From contig NC_068982.1 of assembly GCF_001194135.2 (NCBI RefSeq), positions 192,237,158-192,301,157 of the forward strand: 64,000 nucleotides of DNA, given 5' to 3'. The position numbers and the translations under genes were made by a program. Below the pieces are notes generated by a model. That model was not told where the DNA came from and did not search any database. It saw only the letters and a list, made by a program, of their open reading frames with translations. The stretch is from Octopus bimaculoides. Lineage: Eukaryota. Shown here piece by piece: positions 13,290-24,900 of the stretch (positions are counted from its first letter, which is position 1; each line of letters opens with the position of its first letter).

Positions 13290-13720
13290 TTCCCTGAATC
13301 AAAATCAGTTTGCTGTCTGAGCATCAGCATGGTGCACCTTTCCAGGTTCGTATGACTAAGTTAGCAATAAAATGCAGGCAGTTGGCTGGATGGATCTTTC
13401 AAACTTTCAGAATGAGAGAACAGGAAGCACGATGGCCCTGTGGAGGACATTCATCCTTAACTATTTGGATTACTGCTCCCAACTGTGGTTACCACAAGGT
13501 GTAAAATTAACAAGAGAACTTGAAGCAATCCAGAGAAGCTACACTGAGAGGATTGTCTCAATGTGACATGGGAGAGACTGAAAAAGTTACGACTAAGACC
13601 CTACTCCCTGGAATGAAGGCAGGAAAGATATGCAGTGATATACATCTGGAAAATCCTAGAAGGACATGTACCTAAGTTTGGCATTGTAAGTTACACAACA
13701 TTGCCATCAGGACACAGGAC
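13290..13720 (+). mobile_element. CR1/L2-group LINE RT C-terminal fragment
   Basis: LDYCSQLW..LEAIQRSYTERI..ERLKKL.L..YSLE.R.ERYAVIYIWKILEG across frames. Confidence 0.7.
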
Positions 13721-14199
13721 CAGAAACTGCAACAGCTTGGCTGTGACGAATGATGTAGAGTCTGGCTAATGATGAGATTAGTCATTTAATTAACATAAAT
13801 ATTTATAGTGTAATGGACTGACCACTTTACAATGACTTTTAAGAACCTTTAACAACCTTCAGCATGGCACAATGTTTTTGGATCCTGTCAATTAGAGTGT
13901 ATCCTGTCAATTAGAGTGTATCCTGTTGTCATCACTTCAATGGAAGGGATGACGTTTGAATCAACCCCTGAAACTATGGAAGAAAACATATGTTCAAGAG
14001 AGACTTAGACTTTGTAAGCAAACAACCAATCACACACACACACACAGTGTTGTGGCTAAATTTGAAAGTTTGCCAGAAAAGGAAAAGTTAACACAATATT
14101 TCGTTTTTGGATTTGATTTGCAAGATTCTGTAGCACAAGGAGTGCGGGTAGGTGTGATTCACTTACTGAATCGAAATGTCCCCTTTCTGCTAGCCACAC

Positions 14200-14480
14200 A
14201 CATGAAAATGTATTTTTTGTTTTACTTGTTGAGTCTGGAGGGAGGGGCAGAGCCCATGACCTTTCCAAACCCTCTGAGACTTGTAAGGCTGATTCTGTTC
14301 AAAGTATTGCAATGCAAAAACTGCAGGATATTCCAGAGGAACAAAGATCTGGGGAAGAAGGATTGGGCATAGTGATGGGGGGAGTACAAGATCAGCCAAC
14401 TCTGAAGAGCAGAGATCAGAGGGGAAGGAGAGACAATGCATGTGGTAGGCCAGAGGAAGGAGTGTGTCTGTGAACGATGG
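14200..14480 (-). mobile_element. CR1/L2-group LINE extreme 3' ORF fragment
   Basis: HYAQSFFPRSLFLWNIL resembles the SFFPRT..LWN.LP terminal motif. Confidence 0.5.
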
Positions 14481-16277
14481 AGTAGCATTCCACAGAACTT
14501 ATCAACATTAGTGCATTATTAGGAAATATCACAGTTGTACTTTTTTAGCAAATGATTGAATCTAAAACTGATGGAATTTATCATAGAAGAACCATTTCAG
14601 ACTCTAATATAATCTGTTAGATTGTGTTCAAACATTTCATCACATTTCTATCAATAAATCAGTTCTACTAATAAAGATCACATGTTCATATTTCTTCCTA
14701 ACTTTTCATTGTAACTCATTCAATTGTCTTGTTATTGTAGTGGCACCATCAGAGATTTATGCTATTAATACTGCTACTTCCATGTTCCAAAACATTTCAA
14801 AACATGTCCAGATGAAACATTTGTTGCTCTGCACTAACATTGTTGAAACTTATAAACCATTCTTTAGTAACACAATCTTTTGTAACATATTGTGAAATAA
14901 TTGTGACTAGTTCAATACATCAGGCAGCTCATCTCCAAGAAAAACAAAATTTAGCCTGCTTAAGTCCATTTTCTATTTCACTCAATATAATTTTTTGAAT
15001 TGCATTAATCAAGTTATTTCGAATTCTGTTTGAGTGACTTGAGAACACAGAAACTGGCCCAAAATGGTTTGCCAATTTTTTTTTTTTCTTTCTTTCATCA
15101 TACTTACTGATTAAATATAAAAGTTCTTTAGAATTCCTGTCATTATTGGATGCTTAGGATTCAAAATGAACATGAAATGATAATTCCTGGCAACTTAAAA
15201 GTTTGTTATTTTGTATGCTGCTTCTTTTATGTACATCTAATTGTATGTCTATGTGAACAATTCAAAATATTGTAAGGTCTATCAAGAATTTTATATGTCT
15301 TTAAGACCATTCATGATTTAGTAGGGCCATATGTAGATTATTCAAATTTCCATAATGTTTATCACTCCAAACAGTTTTTCTTAAACTGAACAACAAACAC
15401 GATCAGCAAAATAACTTATTTAGCTAAGCACTTCCAGTTAACCATTTTTCCTTTTACGTAAATTAGTCTGAAAGTAACTAATACATTCCTTGTTGGAATT
15501 TTGTAAATTTGGTAATTTCAGTGTTGATTTGCCATCATTTATAATTATTTCTCTTGAAAGTCCTTTTTTCAAAAGCTAATTTTCAAAAGTTCTTCTACAA
15601 AAACACATTTCAATTCTTTGGGAAAATATTTTGGTAATTGGAAAGAAAATTAAAAAATGAATAGAAGGTGGGGGGGTAAGGTTTCTATGTAGCTGTGCAT
15701 GTGTGTGTGTGTGTGTGTGTGTGCATGTGTGCTCATGCATGTGTGTATGTATAACAACATGAACAATGACAAGATGCAAGAAGCTAGAGAAAGTGTTGGA
15801 AGCAACAAACGCAAATGTTTCTTCCTGAAAGACGACCACGCATGACCCCCCCCCCCCATGGTTAGCATGTTCCCTTTGCAGGCACCAAGGTTCTGAGTTC
15901 ACTCTCACTGCACCAGTCAAGACACACCATTTTAGGGAGATGGAAACTGTGTAGAAGCTGGCTCATTTGCAGTCTGTCTTGTAGACTTCATCTGTTTGTC
16001 CAATTGAACCCCACCACCAGTCTTAGATTAGGCTTCCATTGAGAGGATAATATGATGTGCAAGACCATACTGCAGCAACCCATCTGCCTACCATTCTCCA
16101 CACCAGAATCAAAATTCAGACAAAGAAGTCACAAAAGGACACAACTGCTGCTACTGCTGCTGCTTTTAATTTTGACACATAAAACAGAAACTCTGCCAGT
16201 GGAGAGATGGGAATAAATAAAGAGTTGAGTGAAAACTAATGAAGACTGTGGCTGGAAGGCTGATGATGAGTGAAGAC

Positions 16278-16763
16278 AAGGTCAGAGGACTGATGACTGG
16301 TAAGAGCTTGAGGCTGGAAGACTGATGACTGGTGAAAGCATGAGGTCAGAAGACTGATGACGGGTGAAAGCTTGAGGTCAGAGGACTGATGACTGGTGAA
16401 GGCATGAGGTCAGAAGACTGATGACTGGTGAAAGCTTGAGGTCAGAAGACTGATGACTGGTGAAAGCTTGAGTCAGAGGACTGATGACTAGTGAAGGTTT
16501 GAGGTCAGAAGACTGATGACTGGTGAAGGTTTGAGGTCAGAAGACTGATGACTGGTGAAAGCATGAGGTCAGAGGACTGATGACGGGTGAAAGCATGAGG
16601 TCAGAGGACTGATGACGGGTGAAAGCTTGAGGTCAGAAGACTGATGACTGGTGAAAGCTTGAGGTCAGAGGACTGATGACTGGTGAAGGTTTGAGGTCAG
16701 AAGACTGATGGCTGGTGAAGGTTTGAGGTCAGAAGACTGATGACTGGTGAAGGCATGAGGTCA
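16278..16763. repeat. 32-bp minisatellite, ~15 units (TGAGGTCAGAAGACTGATGACTGGTGAAAGCT consensus)
   Basis: Directly visible tandem units with a few variant positions; one degenerate unit further upstream. Confidence 0.95.
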
Positions 16764-17059
16764 TATAATGGGGACAGAGTATGTCAGAGTAGAAGTGTGA
16801 AAGGACTGAGAGAATGGCACAAAGAGATGTGCCATGTGACAGATCTGTGTGGCTCATAACAGCATGGGAAAAGATTGGTATTGAAATAATGACGATGATG
16901 ATGATGATGATAATGTCCTGATGATAATGGCATGATAATGATGTGGTGCGCGGGAGGTGAGATGCATAGAGGATCTCCATACTGGAGATGTGGAATGAGT
17001 CACCAGACCAGTCCCAAAGGTCAAAGGACAGCAATAGAGTGTGGTGGCAGACATAGCAG

Positions 17060-17065
17060 ACAGAC

Positions 17066-17128
<63 letters not shown>

Positions 17129-17132
17129 AAAT

Positions 17133-17193
<61 letters not shown>

Positions 17194-17375
17194 CGAGGTA
17201 GATAGATAGATAGATAGATAGATAGATATAGAGATAGATAGATGAAGATAGATAGACAGATAGATGGATGGATGGATGGATAGAGAGAGAGAGAGGGAGA
17301 GGAGGGGGTTATGGAAAAAGAAAGAGATATATAAGTAGAGATAGAAAGAGAAATACAGAAATAGATAAAAGGATA

Positions 17376-17430
<55 letters not shown>
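17060..17430. repeat. (GATA)n / (GA)n microsatellite cluster
   Basis: Direct observation. Confidence 0.95.
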
Positions 17431-17432
<2 letters not shown>

Positions 17433-18369
17433 GGAGACAGAGAGTGACAGAGAGAATAGTTGCAATTGCTCAGAATAGAATCTGTCTGTGTGTTGGGAGG
17501 TAAAATAAAATGAAAATCAGAGGAACATAGTTGGCAGAATGAAGTGTGATGTTGGAGGGGGGGGGGGGGAGCGGGGGGAATAAACAACAACAACAACAAC
17601 AACAAAAGTTTTTGAAATCCCAAGCAGAGATTAAGAAATAGGTTTTGATGACAATGTTTGGAAACTGTAATTGTTGGTTGTCATAGTAACTCCAATAACA
17701 ACAACAACAACAATGGTCTTTTTTTTTTTTTTGATAGCAATCACTGCATGAGACCAGAGAAAAGAGTAAATTGGAAGAGCAGATGGAAGGCCAATGGGCG
17801 AGTGTTTACTACACACAGTAATGTTAATGCTGACTGATAAGTGTTGTCTCATATAGCATATGAGTGGGGGGGGGGAGGCAGGGGGTACGTCATACTTTCT
17901 CTTCTTTGCTGGCAACTCGACTTGAATGAAAAATTTCAGCAGACAATGATTGGTAAAGAATTCCTCTAAGCAACAACAGCAGAACTCTTCCAGAATCAAA
18001 TAACATGGGAATGGCATAATAATAAATATGATAATAATAATAATGATGATGATGATGATAATGAGGATGATGATAATGATAAGAAAAACAATAACAATAA
18101 CAACACAATAATAATAATAACAGTAATGATAATAAACAAGTAACAATAGCAGCAGCAGAAGCAGCAGCAGCAGCAGTTGTAGCAGAGGTGGGGGGGGAAT
18201 GGCTAAAAATACTCTCAAGACCATATTGATTTTTACTACCATCCCCACCTGCACCCCCTATTCTCTACCCCCTCCCCCAGCATTATAATCTGCAGTCATT
18301 ATGCTAATGAAGGAGGTCATTCAAGGTCAGAACTACTTGTGGCGTTCAGCTTTAACGATGATGTTACTT

Positions 18370-18383
18370 GTTTCCATGGCAAC
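18370..18383. promoter_or_regulatory. Candidate RFX X-box GTTTCCATGGCAAC
   Basis: Exact match to the high-affinity GTTNCCATGGNAAC form, in non-repetitive sequence. Confidence 0.45.
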
Positions 18384-19315
18384 TAAATGGTCACAGAATT
18401 TGCATACAATAATCATGTGAGATATTGTTAAAGATGAGGAACCAGTAAAAGGAGGCTGGCACCAGATGGGAGCCGTTTTATAGGAAACAAATATAAATGG
18501 TGGCTGATTCCTTGAAGCAAGGAAAATGAAAAGGTTCAATGTGAAACAACATAGAACTCTAACCCCTAATCCACCCCCATGTTAGAGAAAATAACCCTAA
18601 CCTACCCCCATCCCTCCAAAAAAGAAAACTGAAATGAATGGAAGAGACCTCTTAGAGATCACTAAATCTGCTAGAAATAGCAGCAGCCAAAAAAGCAGCT
18701 TTAAATCACATTTTGCACACAAAAAAAAGGAAGGACACATTGAATGACAATGTAAAAGAAAAGACCAAATAGTCATGGTTGGAACGTCTTTATTTGTAAA
18801 TCTGCCAGATTAGAGCTGAGCTGGAAGTAGCTAAACAACAACATTTCTGATTTTAGAGAACAACACCAATGATGAAAGCAGTTGAGTGTGGTTGGGGGGG
18901 GAGTAGTAGGAATAGAGGTGAGATGGACAAATGGAAGAGAGCGAGGAGTGGGAGTCAATAGCAAGCGGGTTTAGAGGAGAGTGAGTGATGACTGGCAGCA
19001 CAGAAAGACTGATGGTAGGGTGGATAGGATACTGCCTTCCTTAGTTACACAGATAGTATTACAAAGCAAATAAGAGATGGTGAGTAGAGAGAGACAGGTT
19101 GAATGATAACAGGATGAGTGACACAGAGAGATGACTCTTGGAGGGAAGAGTGATAAGAAAGGTGAATGGCATGGTAAATGAGTGATATTGTTTTGAATTT
19201 GTGTGAATGTGTGTAGAATAATATATCAGTTGAATAAAGTTAAAGAATGGTCTGTTTTCACGTTTTTTATTATGGTATTTTAACATTAAAAGAAATATTT
19301 TGTAATGCTCATAAA

Positions 19316-20088
19316 GTCAAGTTAGCACTTTCATACACAGAGTAATCATCAGATTTCAAATGTGTTTAACTGACAGTTGAGTTCTTGACAACTTTAGTAC
19401 CTCTTAGAATGCTCCAAAAAGCTGAATTTTTAGAATACCTTTTTGGCCAATCAGCATGCAGCTTAAACATCATGGTTTGCCACATGTACTGATATTCCGT
19501 AACTTGTTTATATTTATTTACTAGAGATATGTTTTAATCCACATCATTGACTGGTTGTTATATTATTGCTGTTATTTCCATTCAGAACAGATTTGAACAT
19601 TTTAATAAACTGTTTTTCTTTTATCTTTCTTCCAATCTCACTTCTGTCATGTAGTTTGTGGAAAGGAAAAATTAGAAACATTTTCTGACCACATGTCTCT
19701 ATATGTTTGCTCAATGGAATCTGGTGAAAATTGGTGTTCTGGATTTGTTGTCTGTAGACTTGTGAGCATTCTGATAATGCATTCCCTGTCTTGCCTTTAT
19801 ATAATTCCTTGCAATTCAGGTATTTAATGCAGTTGATCAAATTTCTGCTTTTGCAGTTCATATCTGTCCATTTTTTGTTCTAATGAATCTACCTGTTTGC
19901 ATGTATTGACACTTTCCACATCTGTTATCATTACACTTAGATATTGTGAATGTTTTATCCTGTGATGTTTAAAATGCATGCAGATTGGCCAAAAAGGTAT
20001 TCTAAAAATTCAGCTTGTTGGAGTGTGCTAAGAGGTACTCAAGTTGTCAAGAACTCAACTGTCAGTTAAACAAATTTGAAATCTGATG
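19316..20088 (-). mobile_element. Penelope-like GIY-YIG fragment with 126-bp inverted repeats
   Basis: CKELYKGKTGNALSE..RQQIQ..IPLSKHIETC..KEKQFIKMFKSVLN (ORF 19544-19861). Arms 19347-19472 and 19963-20088 are about 93% identical by eye. Confidence 0.8.
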
Positions 20089-20809
20089 CTCACAATTCAC
20101 AATGTCTACTTCTCAACCCTATCCAGTCTCTGAAGTCCTCAAATCACTTTCCCCTGCCTCCCCTTCAACTCATATTTATCGTCAACCATCCCTCAAGCCT
20201 TGTTCATCGTTCATTACACTCACCCACCCCACCCCTGTCCTATCACTAGTCATCCCTCATTTCACTCATACATTCTTACAATATCTGCCCTTCTTGTTCT
20301 GTGCCCAATCTCATTCATCTTGGTAACCCCACAACCCCCAGTACCTCTTGTGAGCAGCCAAGTAATTTCTTCTACAGCAAGAAACCTGTTCTGGACCTTT
20401 TCTTCCATACATTAACCCTTCATTTCCTGGCTTAAACTTGCCCCTTCCTCCTCCTACACCACCACCACCACCACTCACCTGATGAAGATCTTAGTCTTGC
20501 AGGCTACATGGCAACTTCACCAATGCTGGTGTAATAAAAAGATCACCCAGTGCACTCTGCAAGAAGAAAGGCATTGAGCTGTATGTCAGAGTAGACATTG
20601 GAGTATGATGCAGTCCTCCAGTCTCTCAGATCTTGTTCACCCTACCAACTCCTGCCAGCATGGATGAAGGACATTCGAAAATGATGAGGAGGAGCACAAC
20701 AATGATGATGATATGCAATTACAGAGTCATATTTTAGTTCACATACATTTGCGCACTTTCACAGAGACAAAGTAAATTTAAGAGGCTACATCAGACATAG
20801 TGGAAGCAA

Positions 20810-21115
20810 ATAGCCTAGTGGTTAGAGCAGTGTACTCGAGGTCGGGGGAGCATGGGTTCGAATCTCAGACTGGGTGATGCGTGTGTTCATGAGCAAAAAA
20901 AAACCTAAGCTCCATGTGGCTCCAGCAGAAGGTAATGGCAAACTTCTGCTGACTTTTTCGCCCTAACTTTCTCTCTCTCTTTCCTCTTGCATCTAGCAAC
21001 TCACCTGTGATGGACTAGTGTCCTGTCCAGGTGGGGAACCTATTCGCCAGAGAAACTGGCAAACTGGCCCTTATGAGCCAGAGGTGGCTCGAGGAGGAAC
21101 AAACTACAACAAACA
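20810..21115 (+). mobile_element. tRNA-derived SINE with V-domain-like core
   Basis: A-box gcctagtggttagagc, B-box gggttcgaatc, central gatggactagtgtcctgtccagg. Confidence 0.6.
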
Positions 21116-21499
21116 GAACACACATCAAGCACAATTTAGATTAGTTTTGAAATGAAAGAAAAAGGAAGGAAGGATGAAGAAAAGAAGGGAAGGAAGGAAG
21201 GAATGAAGGAAGGAAGGAATGAAAGAAGAGATAGGAGGAACAAAACAATTTGAAAATAGAAATGTTTGGCTATTTTATTGAATTTGTGTTGGAAAATGAA
21301 GGAAAGAAGAAGCTTTTAAAGATTTTCTTTCAATTCATATTTTGTTCTGTGCTAATTAATTTTACATGCCGACTAATTTGTTAAAAGTAAGTTAAAATGT
21401 AATTAGCAACTGAAATCAAAGACAAATTAAATTATAAAAATATTTTAAAACACTAGAAGCAAAAAAAATTATTTAAAGATAATCTTTAGACACACAGCA

Positions 21500-21566
21500 C
21501 ACACACACACACACACACACACATATTTGTGTTGATTTGTGTAATGTATGTATGTATGTATGTATG

Positions 21567-21600
<34 letters not shown>

Positions 21601-21700
21601 TGTACGTATGTATGTATGTACGTACGTACATATGTATATATGTATGTATGTATGTATGTACGTATGTATGTATGTATGTACGTATGTATGTATGTGTGTA
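21500..21700. repeat. (CA)n and (TATG)n microsatellites
   Basis: Direct observation. Confidence 0.95.
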
Positions 21701-21924
21701 AATATGGGGGGGGGTAAATAAAATGAGTCAACAAAACCAAGGCTGTGTGGAATTTCTAGGACATTTATAAAGAGAAAGGTAGTCCTACAGCTGTTTTGGG
21801 GATGTTAGGGGTATCTTTTCATCAGAGACGATATGAGAGAGTTAACTAGAGGGAAATAAGAGAATAAAAATAAAAGTAAAAATATATGTAGGATGTTGCA
21901 GTTCCATTATCCAAGGAAATTGCT

Positions 21925-23385
21925 GTGTAGAATGGGAAGAAATGCACTCTGGTGACATCACGCTTTGGTTCGCCCAGCTGGACACTTATTTTTCGGCCCA
22001 TGTGGTGTCTCTCGAACAGCAAGTAAGTTTATTGTACTGTGGGATGCCTACCCCTCTTGCACACTCAGTGAGAGATCTTATCACTGACCCACATCCAGAC
22101 GCAACTTATGTGTCCGTTAAATCTGAGGTTCTCCGACGGAACACCCAATCCGCCAACAGCAAATTCCAGATGCTGATGCAGGATGAGCACCTGGGAGACA
22201 AGACGCCATCTGGGTTTCTTCGTCGTTTACGTGAAGTCAGCGACACATCACCAGAGGACAATTCTCTGCTCAGAAAATTATTTTTCTCTCGGCTGCCGCT
22301 GAATGTCCAATCCATACTGGCCACAGTGGTCGACTCGAATTCGCTTGACCAGTTAGCCACCATGGTGGACAAAATTATTGAGTTCACTGTGCAGCCTGCA
22401 CCTCATCATACCTGTTCAGACACAGCAGTAGCTTCCTCTACTACTGTTAAGCCCACTCCCTTGTCACATGACGACATTTTGGAGAGAGTCGATGCGTTAG
22501 CACGTCGCATGGACACATTGTGGTGAGAGCACGCCAGCTCTCGTTGTCCTCACAGCAGAATCCGTTCTAAGTCACAGTCAACTAGGTCTACTCCAATGGG
22601 TTCTAATCTCTGCTGGTACCATGCCACCTTCAAGGAGAAAGCCCATTGTTGCATCCAACCATGTTCGTTCCAGTTGTCGGGAAACTAGTTACGGAAGATA
22701 TGAGCATGTCAGACTCTTCCCGCAAATTCTCATCTAATCGTGCATTCTTTGTTAAGGATCGTGTGCCTGGCAAAGCATTTATGGTTGACACTGGATCCAG
22801 CTGTGTTATTTGGCCTTTGCGTTTTACTTCAGACAAGCCAAAGCAATCTGCCATCAACCTGTACGCAGTGAATCTATCTATGATAAAAACTTTCAGTCCA
22901 TCATTTTTTGTCGCCCCCCCCCCACTGGTGACCAGTTCCACTCCTTTTTGGCTTCTTTCCCAGAGCTGGTGGATCCGACTTTCAAATCAAAGTCACTCAC
23001 TCAACTCGCCATTATATCACTACTTCTGAACCACCCCTTTTTTCGTGTCGACGGCGACTCGCTCCTGATTGGCTCAAAAAGGCTCATTCTGAGTTTGAAT
23101 ATATGCTTCAACTCAGCCTTATTCACCCCTCCACCAGCCCTTCGGCATCTCCTCTACATTTGGCAAGGAAAGGGGATTCAGACTTTCACCCGGTGGGGGA
23201 TTACAGACGTTTAAATGCAGTCACTGTTCCCGATCGCTATCCTATAAGGAATCTCCAGGATTTTTCTTCAAACTTGCATAATTGTACCATTTTATTCCAA
23301 GGTTGACCTCATCCAGGCTTATCATCAGATTCCAATGAACCCTGACGACATTCCCAAAACTGCCGTTATCATCCCCTTTGGAAGT
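21925..23385 (+). mobile_element. Gypsy LTR-retrotransposon relic (CsRn1/Kabuki-like): gag, CWYH finger, aspartic protease, partial RT; internally deleted and 3'-truncated
   Basis: Gag ORF 21942-22526 (LWFAQ..VRDLI..HLGDKTPSGFLRRL); CWYHATFKEKAHCCIQPCSF; FMVDTGS; SPLHL..GDYRRLNAVTVPDRYPI; AYHQIPM.PDDIPKTAVIIPFG. No LTR pair seen. Confidence 0.9.
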
Positions 23386-24900
23386 GTTGGCCCTGATATA
23401 GGATATCCCAGTCTATTATAGCCCAGGAAAGTTTACACTGTATTTTTCTATTGATTAAATGGTGTATGTGGTGAGCTAGTGATGTGAAATTGCTATTCGC
23501 TTTATATTCAAATGAGTTAAAATGGGCATAATACCTTTGTTTAAAATCGCTGCTAGAACCAATGTAGTAGCTACAGGAGTTATCTACTATGTTGTGAACA
23601 GTGCATTGGTATACGACGTTGAATCTTTTGCATTGGGCAATCTGTCCTGGATCTGTAGTTGCAGTTATCAGTTCTATGATGGCTAATTGGAGAGAGAGAG
23701 AGATGAGGCAGTGCTGGTAATGACAAGGGTTAGGGTTAGGCTTAGGTGAATCAATCATGATATTGCTCTTATTATTGCTGTCATTTCTAGTATCGATATC
23801 AATGCCAGCATTACCATTATTATTTATTATTACGTCATTATCGTTATCGGTGTTGCTGTTGTAATTATTATCATTAGTAGTAGTAGTAGTAGTATTGGTG
23901 GTAGTAGTCGTAGTAGTATTAGCAGAAATAGTAGTAGTAGCATCTTAGGTAGTAGTGTTAGTATTAGTGGTGGTAGAGGAGGTGGTAGAGTAGTGTTAGT
24001 ATTAGTGGTGGTAGAGGAGCTGTTTGTGGTAGGAGTATTAGTAATAGTCCGATTTTCAGTAATGGTAACATTGCCATTGGTGTTAGTATTAATATTGTTG
24101 CTATTCCTATCAGTAGTTGAAGTCATCATCATCATCATCATCATCATCATCGTTTAATGTCCACTTTCCATGCTGGCATGGGTTGGACGATTTGACTGGC
24201 TGCACCAGGCTCCAATCTGATCTGGCAGAGTTTCTACAGCTGGGTGCCCTTCCTAACGCCAACCCCTCCCAGAGTGTAGTGAGTGCTTTTATGGGCCAGT
24301 CAGGCGTATATGTATTATTAGTTGCAGTGGTTATAATATAATTATAATATAATTATAATATAATTAGTATCAGTGTGCCTATTAGTGTTTGCGTCCGTTT
24401 CAGGTGTGTGCCTGTTACCCTCAGAAGTGGGCATTATGTTATTTATGTTTAAGTTGTTTAAAGTAGTCGGGCCATGGGGTGTTAGATATGTTGTTGCGAT
24501 TGGTGTTGGTGTTTTCATTGTGTTGGTCTATGGTAGGGTTGTATGCATTTAGATAATAAGAGCTAAGTTAACATTTATTAGATGAGGTGATAACAGATTC
24601 TATATTTGGTGTAGATAATAATAGTAAACTGTGAACCCACAATGATATTTTAAGGGTCCCTGAAAAAATTTTGATTTAAATGTATTGCAAGAAACAGGTT
24701 TCTTTCTTTCTACAGAGTTCAAACTACACAAGGGAATATGTGAAAAACAAAATAGGAATTTTGAATGAAGTTTTTATTAAACTAGTTTTTAAATATCAAA
24801 AGGTTAGGGGATTCACAGTGTACTATTTTCTATATTTTGGGGCCATGAGCCCTTCTTCAGGACATGTGGAAAAGTGAAAAATGAATACTTTGAATTGCTG
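23386..24900 (-). mobile_element. Penelope-like element fragment (pLTR-like end, linker, GIY-YIG) interrupted by microsatellites and an RTE tail
   Basis: YYIGSSSDFKQRYYAHFNSF..TSLAHHIH (ORF 23369-23758); TLKISL..STPNIESVITS linker near 24590-24660; decayed hammerhead motif at 24826-24865. Confidence 0.65.
24125..24300 (-). mobile_element. RTE 3' UTR copy
   Basis: (CAT)n followed by cgtttaatgtccactttccatgctggcatggg. Confidence 0.85.

Noticed and set aside
16278-16763. CRISPR-like array or functional ribozyme array
   Set aside because: Head-to-tail units without unique spacers and no cas genes; hammerhead stems I and II cannot form.
16729-18254. Long ORFs of 100-207 aa (16854-17465, 17309-17623, 17631-18254)
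   Set aside because: Translations of GATA, GA, AAT and AAC microsatellites.
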